64,000 nucleotides of DNA from a bacterium (lineage in GTDB: Bacteria; UBA8248). The stretch lies in the NCBI GenBank assembly GCA_965207065.1, contig OZ242260.1:1760001-1824000 (forward strand), in the 5' to 3' direction. The translations under genes were made by a program, and so were the position numbers. The notes under the pieces are model-generated. The model had not been told where the DNA came from. It was given only the letters and a program-made list of their open reading frames with translations, and did not search any database. Of this stretch, positions 28,281-37,231 are shown one piece after another; the stretch's first letter is position 1; every line of letters begins with the position of its first letter.

Positions 28281-29128
28281 GCGGGACTCGACTTGATCTG
28301 TGAGGCGAGGGACTTCATGGCGCGCGCTGCGTCTGCGAGCGTATTGGCGTAAGGTTCCTCTTTTCTTCTGAGTTCGAGCACGAGGGTTCCCGAATAGCGG
28401 TGGGCGTCGAGCGTCGTGAAGAAAGAGGGCCACTCGAACGCGCCCTCGCCGGGGATAAGATGCGCGTCGTTTCGCCCGTCGTTGTCGTGCAGGTGCGTAG
28501 CGGCGCAAAGGGGCGCCAGCCGCTCGACCCCGCTTCGCGTGTTTTCTCCCTCGGTGATGAGGGCGTGGCCGGTGTCGATGCAGATATTGAGTCTCGGATG
28601 ATCGATGCGTTCGACGAACGCCGCGAGAGGCTCCGCGCGGCCCAGGGCGGAGGGTATGTTCTCGAGTGTCAAAACCGCGTCGGTTTCCTCGGCCACGGGC
28701 AGGAGCCGCTCGATGCTATCTTCCAGCGCCTCGTAGGTATCCCCATCTCCCGCCTTGCCCGGCGCGCTCGGATGGATGACGACGATGCGCGCGCCCAGGG
28801 GGCGGAATGCGCGAAGAGCCTGAATCGTTTTCTCGATGGCCGCCTCCCGCGCATCCTTATCGGCCGCGGCGAGGGAGAGCCAGCGCCCCGCTCTCGCCTC
28901 GCTCAGATCGGCGTAAAAAGGCGCATGGAAAGAAGGCGCTTCGAGAGAGAGGTCCGCCAGCCAGTCTTGGAGGGTTTTGAGCTTCGCGATATCGCTCACG
29001 TCGAAATGGGGCGTCATCGCCCACAACTCGATTTTCCGGAAACCGGCGTCGGCCGCCTCTTTCAGGTGTTCGAAGCGGAGTGGCTCATAGGCGAACAGAT
29101 GCGCCGAGAGGGCGTAGTCGAGTCTCAA
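28277..29128 (-). CDS. Sugar-phosphate isomerase/epimerase (xylose isomerase-like TIM barrel)
   Basis: SFHAPF, LTLENIP, IDTGHA, THLHDNDG..DAHLIPGEG, VLE. Confidence 0.88.
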   Translation of the reverse strand: MRLDYALSAHLFAYEPLRFEHLKEAADAGFRKIELWAMTPHFDVSDIAKLKTLQDWLADLSLEAPSFHAPFYADLSEARAGRWLSLAAADKDAREAAIEKTIQALRAFRPLGARIVVIHPSAPGKAGDGDTYEALEDSIERLLPVAEETDAVLTLENIPSALGRAEPLAAFVERIDHPRLNICIDTGHALITEGENTRSGVERLAPLCAATHLHDNDGRNDAHLIPGEGAFEWPSFFTTLDAHRYSGTLVLELRRKEEPYANTLADAARAMKSLASQIKSSPA

Positions 29129-29223
29129 AACCTCATCCTTGGTGAGCGGGGGTCGTAGCGCGCGCTTGATGGGGGGCGATTATACGCTCTTCAAGATGAG
29201 AGCGGCAACGCGGGGCCGGATGC

Positions 29224-29647
29224 GGGGTTGTTAATAAAGTTATCCTCATGGGTGAACTACCTGTGGCGCATTCAACGCCCTTTCCCGTACTCTTCATCAC
29301 GAGTAGGCGCGCTTGCACGCCGTATCGAGGGAGCGCCTCTTCGACAGGCAAATGTCAGGCTCCTTCGATACGCCGCCTTCGGCGGCTACTCAGGATGAGG
29401 CAGATATGTGGGTATGCAAGACGAAGATTTGACGCGACAGATGAAAGAGCAAGAATCACTCCCCCCTTGAGGGGGAGTCGATGAAGCCGAGCGGTTTATG
29501 CGAAGGCTGAATCGGTGGGGGGAGCTTTTGGGTGGCATATCCCCCCACCGATTCGCTTGCGGGCTTACGCCCTTACCTCATCGACTCCCCCTCAAGGGGG
29601 GAGTGAAATTCAGCGCGCTCCTTCTGTGGACTTTTTCAACAACCCCC
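29224..29647. mobile_element. MITE-like unit enclosing a CTCATC/GATGAG-type palindrome pair and cassette A copy 4
   Basis: GGGGTTGTTAATAAAGTT ... GACTTTTTCAACAACCCC ends; CCTTCGATACGCCGCCTTCGGCGGCTACTCAGGATGAG at ~29362-29399. Confidence 0.55.
29457..29605. repeat. Palindromic cassette family A, copy 4 (149 bp, shorter loop)
   Basis: Same 25-bp terminal IR; arms shared with copies 2 and 5. Confidence 0.93.
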
Positions 29648-29818
29648 CTCAAGGGGAGAGTGATTCTTCCTCCTTCATCAGCACCCAGTGGCCCCCAAGA
29701 GGGGAGAACCAATTCATAAGCGCATGCAGGTTGAGAAATTCATTCCCTGTGTTTTGGGGTGACTTCTTCAACAAACCCATGCGCGCGGCTCACAAGACGA
29801 AAAATCGCCTCACACCTG

Positions 29819-29864
29819 TTGACAAAGGGGCGTGCGGGCTGGTAGTGGTCATACCATCTGACCA
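29819..29864 (+). promoter_or_regulatory. Promoter and FadR/GntR-type operator upstream of the GntR gene
   Basis: TTGACA at 29819-29824; TGGTCATACCATCTGACCA (29846-29864) contains the TGGTNNNACCA palindrome typical of FadR-subfamily sites. Confidence 0.7.
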
Positions 29865-29954
29865 GGACTTCCGGTCTCGTACAAAAAAAATGACAGTCCC
29901 AGCGTGGTTTTCCCTCATCGCTCGGGATGGTTTGCGTCACCAGGAGGCGGTTTC

Positions 29955-30686
29955 TTGCTTAAGCCGGTGAGAAAAACGAGGCTTTACGAAGACGTGGTGG
30001 AGCAGATTCAGCAGCTCATCCGCAAGCGAAAGCTCACGCCCGGAGACAGGCTGCCGTCTGAGCGTGAACTCGCGGCGACGCTCGGAATCGGCAGGCCTTC
30101 GGTGCGCGAAGCCCTGCGCGCGCTCGACACCACGGGCCTGATCGAAGTCAGAAGCGGCCAGGGCGCATATCTCCGCAACCTCACGGTCGACCCCTATCTC
30201 GCCACGGTGCGCGAGAGCCTGGCGTTTCTTCTCGACGTGAAGGAAGACACCCTGCTCGAACTCTGGGAGGTGCGGCAGGGGCTGGAAGAACAGATTGCGC
30301 GCCTCACGGCCGAGCGCAGAACCGGAGAGCAGATAGAGCGCCTGCGCGGCCACACCGAGGAGATGCGAAAGCGCATCGACAAGCCCGAAGCCTTCGTGCG
30401 CGCGGGCGTGGCCTGGCACCGCGCGCTTTGCGAAGCGGCGGAAAACGCCGTTTTGCGGACGGTGTGGGAGGCTATCGCGGGTCTCATCGAAAAGAGCCAG
30501 CGCCGGATCATCGGAACCCCCGGCCAGCCGGACGAGGCGCTGCGCCAGCACGAGAAGCTACTTGCGGCGGTCGAAGCGGGCGATCCGGAAGAAGCCGCGC
30601 TCGCCATGCGCGAGCACATGGCGGCCGAGGGCGCGCGGCTCAAAGAGGCGCTGGCCGTATCGCGAAACGGAGCAATGCGCGTCTGA
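29955..30686 (+). CDS. GntR family (FadR subfamily) transcriptional regulator
   Basis: PGDRLPSERELAATLGIGRPSVREAL wHTH plus FCD domain; AGGAGG RBS before TTG. Confidence 0.93.
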   Translation: MLKPVRKTRLYEDVVEQIQQLIRKRKLTPGDRLPSERELAATLGIGRPSVREALRALDTTGLIEVRSGQGAYLRNLTVDPYLATVRESLAFLLDVKEDTLLELWEVRQGLEEQIARLTAERRTGEQIERLRGHTEEMRKRIDKPEAFVRAGVAWHRALCEAAENAVLRTVWEAIAGLIEKSQRRIIGTPGQPDEALRQHEKLLAAVEAGDPEEAALAMREHMAAEGARLKEALAVSRNGAMRV

Positions 30687-30772
30687 GAAAGAGCGGGCGC
30701 GTTTTTTTGTTGGGCTATTTTGACCTCATTTTTTGAACGCTTCACACCCATTTCCGTATAGGAGGAATCTTG

Positions 30773-32122
30773 ATGGTGGAAATGAGCAAACAAGGCATGC
30801 CGATGGACTTTCTGCAGAAAGAGCACTACCAGTCCCCCCGGCGCGTCTTCAGCCAGACGGGCAGCGATTGGCAGCGCCGCGTGGACTTCGAGCAGATGCG
30901 CAAGGACAGGCTCGCCCGCGCCAAGGCGATGATGGAGAAGCACGACATGGACGCCATCATCATGTACAAGGGCGAGAACATCCGCTACACCGCGTCGGTC
31001 TTCCAGGGCAACTGGAAGAACAACATCTTCATCCGCTACGCCGTGCTCTGCCGCGGCGCGGAAACGCCCGTTCTCTTCGAGACCGCCGGATCGGACTACG
31101 AGTGCGCACGGATCGACGCGCCTTGGCTCGAGGGCAACATCCGTCCCGCCATCACCTGGAAGTGGTCCGAGACCGCCGAGCAGATGATGGTGAACCGCAT
31201 GGCGGATTCGGTCATCGACGTTCTCAAGGAGAACAACATCCCGCTGAACGGGCGGATCGGCATCGACATCATGGACATGCAGGCCTACAGCGCCTTCACC
31301 GAGAAGGGCGTGAACCTGGTGAACGCGTGGCCGGCGATGAGCGAGGCGCGCGTCATCAAGACGCCCGAGGAGATCGAGTGTCTCAAGATCAGCTCGACCA
31401 TCGGCGACACCTGCATGTGGAAGATCAGGAACGAATGGCTCAAGCCCGGCATCCGCGAGTGCGACCTCACCGCGTGGGTCAACAATCTGCTCTATGAAGA
31501 GGGCTTCGACTTCGTCTACGACATCATCGTCGCCTCGGGCGGAAACACGAGCCCCTACCGCCGCTGGCACACCGACAAGATGATCCGGGACGGAGACCTC
31601 GTCGTCGTCGACATCAACGCCATCGGCCCCGGCGGCTACTTCGTCGACTACGTGCGCTGCTTCAAGTGCGGCGGCGGCTGGACGAAGAAGGAAAAAGAGC
31701 TCTACAGGGAGGTCTACGACACGATGTACGCGGGCATGAGCCAGCTCGTGCCGGGCAAGACCTCCAAGGACGTGGCCGAGCAGTTCCCCGTCTACGCCGA
31801 TGACAAGTACGGCACGGTGACGCTCCAGCAGTTCGCGCACTCCATCGGCCTGGACTTGTATGAGGGCATGTGGATCAGCCGGGCATACAGCCTCGATTAT
31901 CCGGTGGAAATCAAGGAGAACATGTACTTCGCCATCGAGACGTTCGCAGGACACCCGGGGCTGCCCCAGACGGTGCGCCTGGAAGAGAACGTCCTCGTCG
32001 GCCCCGACGGCCCCGTCGTCTTCACGGGTTCCTCGCACTACGACGAGTGCATCGAGGATTCGCCGTATTTCGACTTCTCGGCGAAATCGCGCGGCGAGCC
32101 TCGCTTCGAGCTTCCCGCGTAG
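30773..32122 (+). CDS. M24B family metallohydrolase (Xaa-Pro peptidase/creatinase/DddP-like fold)
   Basis: Metal ligands in VVVDIN..YFVDYVR, AHSIG, AIET and RLEENV; creatinase-like N-domain. Confidence 0.88.
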   Translation: MVEMSKQGMPMDFLQKEHYQSPRRVFSQTGSDWQRRVDFEQMRKDRLARAKAMMEKHDMDAIIMYKGENIRYTASVFQGNWKNNIFIRYAVLCRGAETPVLFETAGSDYECARIDAPWLEGNIRPAITWKWSETAEQMMVNRMADSVIDVLKENNIPLNGRIGIDIMDMQAYSAFTEKGVNLVNAWPAMSEARVIKTPEEIECLKISSTIGDTCMWKIRNEWLKPGIRECDLTAWVNNLLYEEGFDFVYDIIVASGGNTSPYRRWHTDKMIRDGDLVVVDINAIGPGGYFVDYVRCFKCGGGWTKKEKELYREVYDTMYAGMSQLVPGKTSKDVAEQFPVYADDKYGTVTLQQFAHSIGLDLYEGMWISRAYSLDYPVEIKENMYFAIETFAGHPGLPQTVRLEENVLVGPDGPVVFTGSSHYDECIEDSPYFDFSAKSRGEPRFELPA

Positions 32123-32130
32123 CGGTTGTT

Positions 32131-32180
32131 GCTTCCCGTCCGTGTCCCTGCCGCCTGGGACGCGGGCGGGAGCGTTTTTT
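32131..32180 (+). terminator. Intrinsic terminator
   Basis: CCCGTCCGTGTCCC/GGGACGCGGGCGGG stem followed by T6. Confidence 0.7.
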
Positions 32181-32237
32181 CATATTCGCAGTGCAGGGGA
32201 AATCGCCTCCCGAAAAGGCGAATAGGAGAATCATGAG

Positions 32238-33458
32238 ATGAGCGAACCCTGGAACAACGATATGTGGTTCACCAGCCCGTGGAACTTCGAGGGCGAGGTG
32301 ACCTCCAATATCAATTTCGATCCCAACCCCAAGATCCACGACGTGACGCTCCGTGACGGTGAGCAGCAGGCGGGCGTCATGTTCAACAAGGACGAGAAGA
32401 TAAGAATCGCCGAAGCCCTCGCCGAGACGGGCGTGCACCGAATCGAGGCTGGTATGCCTGTGGTCTCGCCGTCGGACGAAGCGGCGATCCGCGAGATCGT
32501 CAAGCGTCTCGAAGGAACGGACACCGAGGTGTTCAGCTTCGCGCGCTGCATGGCGGACGACGTGAAGCGCTCCGCCGACACGGGCGTCAAGGGCGTCGTC
32601 ATGGAAGTGCCCAGTTCCACGCACATGATCGAGCGCGCCTACAAGTGGGAGCTCGACAAGGCCATCGACACCTCCGTCAAGGCCACGCAGGTGGCGAAGG
32701 AATGCGGCCTCTACACCGTGTTCTTCCCCATCGACTTCTCCCGTGCCCCGCTGGACTGGGTGCTGGGCCTGCTCAAGAAGGTGGCGACCGAGGGCCACAT
32801 GGACGCGCTGGCGATCGTCGACACGTTCGGCGTGCTCAGCCCGCACACCGTGCCCTACGTCATCAAGAAGATGCGCGAAGTATTCCCGGACGAGCCCTTC
32901 GAACCCCATTTCCACGACGACTACGGAATGGGCGTCGCCAATACGCTGATGGCGATGGCAGAGGGCTGCCAGGTGGCCCAGACTTCCGTGAGCGGCATCG
33001 GCGAACGCGCGGGCAACGCGGCGTATGAGGAACTCGCCCTGGCCATGCTCACCATGTACGACGTGGATATGGGCCTCAAGACGGAGAAGTTCACCGAGGT
33101 CTCGCGTCTCGTGCAGGAGTGCGGGCGCATCAGCTTAGCACCCAACCGCTGCGTCGTGGGCGATAACCTCTACGACATCGAGAGCGGCATCATCGTGAGC
33201 TGGCTCAAGAACTGCGAGAAGGACTTCCCGACCGAACTCGTGCCCTTCCGCGCCGGCCTCGTCGGCCAGAGCGAACCCGAGCCCGTCATCGGCAAGGGCA
33301 GCGGCATCGATTCCATCAATTTGTTCCTGGAGCAGTTGGGCATCACGGCGTCCGAGGAAGAAAAGATGGCGCTCCTGATGGACGTGAAGGAAAAATCCTT
33401 GGAGCTACATCGCCTGCTCACGATGGACGAGTTCAAGGAACTGGCGGGAGCGAATTAG
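32238..33458 (+). CDS. DRE-TIM acyl-CoA condensing enzyme (isopropylmalate/homocitrate/citramalate synthase-like)
   Basis: HDVTLRDGEQQAG, HFHDDYGMG, GIGERAGN; no C-terminal regulatory domain. Confidence 0.88.
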   Translation: MSEPWNNDMWFTSPWNFEGEVTSNINFDPNPKIHDVTLRDGEQQAGVMFNKDEKIRIAEALAETGVHRIEAGMPVVSPSDEAAIREIVKRLEGTDTEVFSFARCMADDVKRSADTGVKGVVMEVPSSTHMIERAYKWELDKAIDTSVKATQVAKECGLYTVFFPIDFSRAPLDWVLGLLKKVATEGHMDALAIVDTFGVLSPHTVPYVIKKMREVFPDEPFEPHFHDDYGMGVANTLMAMAEGCQVAQTSVSGIGERAGNAAYEELALAMLTMYDVDMGLKTEKFTEVSRLVQECGRISLAPNRCVVGDNLYDIESGIIVSWLKNCEKDFPTELVPFRAGLVGQSEPEPVIGKGSGIDSINLFLEQLGITASEEEKMALLMDVKEKSLELHRLLTMDEFKELAGAN

Positions 33459-33568
33459 TTTTCACCCCGCATCGCTCGGGGGCGGATGAGCTAGGCCGCG
33501 CCGGTTCGCCGGCCGGACCCGGCGGCCTCAGGCTCTCCGCCCCGATGCGCGGGTTGAAGATTGTACGG

Positions 33569-33601
33569 AAAGGGCGGCTCGAAATGGGCCGCCCTTTTTT
33601 T
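33569..33601 (+). terminator. Intrinsic terminator
   Basis: AAAGGGCGGCTC-GAAAT-GGGCCGCCCTTTTTTT. Confidence 0.85.
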
Positions 33602-33639
33602 GCGTGAACGCCGGGGGGGCGAAGGATCTCCCGCTATTC

Positions 33640-33962
33640 GGGGTTTTGAAAAAGACCTTATTTCATGATTCGGCGCATAGAGCCGACCGGGAAAAAGGAG
33701 ATTTCACTCCCCCCTTGAGGGGGAGTCGAAGAGCTGAGGGCGTAAGCCCGAAAGCGATTCGGTGGGGGGTATAACTCGGAGTGGCGATAAAACGCGATTC
33801 ACCCCCCACCGATTCAGCCTTCGCATAAACCGCTCGGCTTCATCGACTCCCCCTCAAGGGGGGAGTGGTTGGTTGGCGCTCTGCAAGGAAGAAGTAAAGT
33901 TTCATCCCTCCCTGGTCGGCTTCATGCTTGGAATCACGAAACCGGAACTTTTCAACAACCCC
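33640..33962. mobile_element. MITE-like unit with ~55-bp imperfect terminal inverted arms enclosing cassette A copy 5
   Basis: Left GGGGTTTTGAAAAAGACC..TTTCATGATTC..GAGCCGACCGGGA; right TCCCTGGTCGGCTTC..GAATCACGAAA..AACTTTTCAACAACCCC. Confidence 0.7.
33705..33867. repeat. Palindromic cassette family A, copy 5 (163 bp)
   Basis: Reverse complement of 6691-6853 with two differences. Confidence 0.95.
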
Positions 33963-34131
33963 TCAAGGGGGGAGTAATTTTTCCCTCATCAGGCGCGTCA
34001 AGCCTTCGTTCATAGAGATTTATCAACAACACAATCACGGGACCTTTTCCGGGCGATGGACTTAAGCCTTCCTCTTCTTTATCATTTCCGCATCAAACAG
34101 ATATCGACTCCCCGCACCGGAGGATTCCCCC

Positions 34132-34854
34132 ATGACGGATTGGAAGAAAAAGCTCGGCTTCATCGTTCCATCCTGGAACACGGTGATGGAGTACGAATGC
34201 CAGCGCATGGCGCCTGAGGGCGTATCGGTCCACTTCACGCGCATCGCCCACACGGACGATGAGGAAGAAACCCTCCTGCACATGATAGAGGTGGTGCCCG
34301 AACTCGCCGATCTGCTCGGCCACGCGAGTCTCGACGCCATCTGCTTCGGCTGCACCGGCGGCAGCTTCGTGCGTCCGGGCATGGATGACGACATCATCGA
34401 GGTCATCCAGGAGCGAACCGGGGTTCCCGCCACCACGACCTCCACCGCTCTCACCGAGGCCATGCGCGAGATGGGCGTCGCCAGGGTGGCGCTCGCCTCC
34501 CCCTATCCCCAGTGGCTGAACGAGCGGCTCACGGTGTTCCTGAAAGAAAAGGGAATCGAGGTGGTGGCCGAGAGAGGCCAGAACGTCGAGTGCCCCGCCT
34601 TCCTGCCGCCCGAGAACTCGGAAGCTCTCGCGCGCGAGGTGGACTGCGCCGAGGCGGACGGCATCTTCATCAGCTGCACGAACTTCCGCTCGCTCGAATC
34701 GGTGGATGTACTCGAAGCCGCGCTTGGGAAACCTGTGCTCACGAGCAACACCACGGCCATGTGGCACACGCTACGGGTGGCGGGCTTCGAGGGAGAAGCC
34801 ACAGCAGGCGGCGCGCTCATGCGCGAGCATCTCGCACCCGCCCGGCGCGCGTAG
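34132..34854 (+). CDS. Maleate cis-trans isomerase / Asp-Glu racemase family protein
   Basis: GFIVPSWNTVME; both catalytic Cys present (FGCTGG, ISCTN). Confidence 0.88.
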   Translation: MTDWKKKLGFIVPSWNTVMEYECQRMAPEGVSVHFTRIAHTDDEEETLLHMIEVVPELADLLGHASLDAICFGCTGGSFVRPGMDDDIIEVIQERTGVPATTTSTALTEAMREMGVARVALASPYPQWLNERLTVFLKEKGIEVVAERGQNVECPAFLPPENSEALAREVDCAEADGIFISCTNFRSLESVDVLEAALGKPVLTSNTTAMWHTLRVAGFEGEATAGGALMREHLAPARRA

Positions 34855-34861
34855 GTCTTTT

Positions 34862-36025
34862 ATGGACGAGGGGAGCCGCCGCGGCCAGCAGTGGGTGACC
34901 GAGGAGTTCTATAAGGTTCACGACGTCTACGCCTTCCGCTCGGTGATGTACGTGGAATGGGGCTTCCGGCCCGCCGACGTGAGGAGAACCACCGAGCGCA
35001 TCAAGACGCCAGGCTCCGTGCCCAAGGAGTGGGCGCGCACCGCCGCCCAGGAAGAAGCGCTCGCGAGAGAAGCCGAAGCCGCCGGCCACCGCGAATCGGC
35101 GGCGGAGTTCTACCACCGCGCAGCGCTTTATTACGGCCCCGCCTGCGGCGTCATCCACAAGAACACACCGCAGAAGCTCGAACTTTACGGAAAGATGATC
35201 GCCTGCTACGAGAAGTTCATCGAGCTTTTCGACGAGGCCCCCGTGGAGCGCGTGGAGATTCCCTTCGAGAACGGAAAGACGATTCCGGGCATTTTGCAGA
35301 CCGTGCCGGGGGTGGAGCGCGCGCCCTGCGTCATCATTGTACCGGGGATGGACACCATCAAGGAGTTTCTCCCCAATCCCTATCACAACCATTTCAGGCG
35401 GCGCGGCCTCGCCACGCTCAGCATCGACGGCCCCGGCCAGGGGGAGAGCAACACGCGCGAGACCTGGGTGACGCTGGACAACTTCGAGCGCGCGGGCTCG
35501 GCCGCCATCGACTATCTCGAATCACGCCCCGAGGTGGACGCCGAGCGAATTGGCCTCTACGGCTGGAGCATGGGCAGCTACTGGGGGCCGCGCGTGGCGG
35601 CGCACGATGCGCGCTTAAAGGCCTGCGTGGGCGCGATGGGCGTCTACCTCCAGAAGGACTCCATCTTCAAGAGCGGAAAGCCCGCCTACCGCGCGAACTA
35701 CAAGTACATGTCCGACACCTATGATGAGGACGCCTTCGACGCCATGGCCGGGCAGATGACGCTCGAGGGCGTCGCGGGTGACATCAAGTGTCCCACCCTG
35801 CTCGCGATGGGCGAGTTCGACGAGCTTTGTCCCTTGGAGGACGCCGAGCGGCTCTTCGACCTCCTGGGCGGCCCCAGGGAGCTTTGGGTGTATGAGAACG
35901 AAACCCACACGATGGGCGGACGCCTGCCCGATTTCTACCTCATGGTGGCCGACTGGCTCCGCGACGCCATAGACGGCAAGTTCAGTCCCGACCACGCCGT
36001 GCGCCGCTTCTTCGAGGCGCGCTGA
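34862..36025 (+). CDS. Alpha/beta hydrolase, 2,6-dihydroxypseudooxynicotine hydrolase/FrsA-like
   Basis: PGMDTIKE, DGPGQGE, GWSMG nucleophile elbow, GEFDEL, ETH. Confidence 0.85.
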   Translation: MDEGSRRGQQWVTEEFYKVHDVYAFRSVMYVEWGFRPADVRRTTERIKTPGSVPKEWARTAAQEEALAREAEAAGHRESAAEFYHRAALYYGPACGVIHKNTPQKLELYGKMIACYEKFIELFDEAPVERVEIPFENGKTIPGILQTVPGVERAPCVIIVPGMDTIKEFLPNPYHNHFRRRGLATLSIDGPGQGESNTRETWVTLDNFERAGSAAIDYLESRPEVDAERIGLYGWSMGSYWGPRVAAHDARLKACVGAMGVYLQKDSIFKSGKPAYRANYKYMSDTYDEDAFDAMAGQMTLEGVAGDIKCPTLLAMGEFDELCPLEDAERLFDLLGGPRELWVYENETHTMGGRLPDFYLMVADWLRDAIDGKFSPDHAVRRFFEAR

Positions 36026-36181
36026 GGAGAATTTCATTCAGGGGTGGGTGCGAAAGGGTATCAACGGCTTTTAAGGATTGTCCCAAACCCCGCTTTTCCA
36101 TATCGCCTCGATGCCGTATTCTTGGGCCTTTGCGATTCCCATTTTTCCAAAACGTAACCTCATGTTCTGACGGAGAATTTC

Positions 36182-37210
36182 ATGAAAGCGGCTTTGCTTG
36201 AAAAAACGCGCGTGATGAGCGTGGGCGATCAGCCCGACCCCGGCCTGCCCGCCGACCACGCGCTGGTGCGGGTGGCCACGTCGGCCATCTGCGGCACGGA
36301 CGTATCCATCTGGGCCGGAAAAATGCCCGCGCGCATCCCCTTGATTCCCGGCCACGAGTGCACGGGCACGGTGGAGCAGGTCGGCGAGAGCGTCACGCGC
36401 CTGAAAGTGGGCGACCGGGTGGTGCTGAACCCGCTGTCGAGTTGCGGGACTTGTTTCTACTGCGTGCGCGGGCTGACGAACATCTGCCTGCACGGCGGAT
36501 TGAGAGGCCGCGAGGTGCCGGGCACTTTCGCCGAGTACATCGCCGTGCGAGAGACCGAAGCCTTCGCCTTTCCCGAGCAGGTGAGTTTCGCCGCGGCGAC
36601 GAACTTCGTGGGTCTTTACACGGTCGTCTACAGTCAGAGAAAAGCGCCTTATATCGCGGGTTCGCGCGTGGCCGTCCTGGGGCAGGGGAGCAGCGGCCTG
36701 CTCCATACGCAGTTGGCGAAAGTGTCGGGAGCGGCGTCCGTCATCGCCGTGACGAGGAGCAAGTGGAAGCTGGAGGTGGCGAAAGAGATGGGCGCGGATG
36801 AAATCGTGCCCGCGGGCGAGGTGGACCCCGTCGAAGCCGTGCGTGAGCTCACCGACGGCCTGGGGGCCGACATCGTCATCGAGACGGCGGGCGCCGCCGA
36901 GACCATGGTGCAGGCCTACGAGATGGTGCGGCCCGGCGGCGCGATTTTGCAGTTCGGCATCGGGCCCGCGCAGGTAGACGGAGTACCGGGCCAGGCCTAT
37001 TACTTCAAGGATCTGACCGTCATCGGCTCGCGCGCGGGCCTGCCGGAGGATTTCGAGAGCGCCATCCGCCTGGTGGCGACCGGGCAAATCGACCTCGAAC
37101 CCCTCGTCACCCACCATTTCGCGCTCGATGAGATTCAAAAAGGCTTCGAGTTCGTCGATGCGGGCGGAGACGGCGGCACACTCCGGGCGGTGATCGAGAT
37201 AGCGAACTGA
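36182..37210 (+). CDS. Zinc-binding medium-chain dehydrogenase (threonine/sorbitol DH-like)
   Basis: ICGTD, GHE, CGTCFYC..C, GQGSSG. Confidence 0.92.
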   Translation: MKAALLEKTRVMSVGDQPDPGLPADHALVRVATSAICGTDVSIWAGKMPARIPLIPGHECTGTVEQVGESVTRLKVGDRVVLNPLSSCGTCFYCVRGLTNICLHGGLRGREVPGTFAEYIAVRETEAFAFPEQVSFAAATNFVGLYTVVYSQRKAPYIAGSRVAVLGQGSSGLLHTQLAKVSGAASVIAVTRSKWKLEVAKEMGADEIVPAGEVDPVEAVRELTDGLGADIVIETAGAAETMVQAYEMVRPGGAILQFGIGPAQVDGVPGQAYYFKDLTVIGSRAGLPEDFESAIRLVATGQIDLEPLVTHHFALDEIQKGFEFVDAGGDGGTLRAVIEIAN

Positions 37211-37231
37211 CGCCCGCCAACTTGCGCGGGC

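Noticed and set aside
33462-33557. SRP (4.5S) or 6S RNA
   Set aside because: Lacks the SRP CAGG…GNRA…AGCA domain on either strand and is too short for 6S
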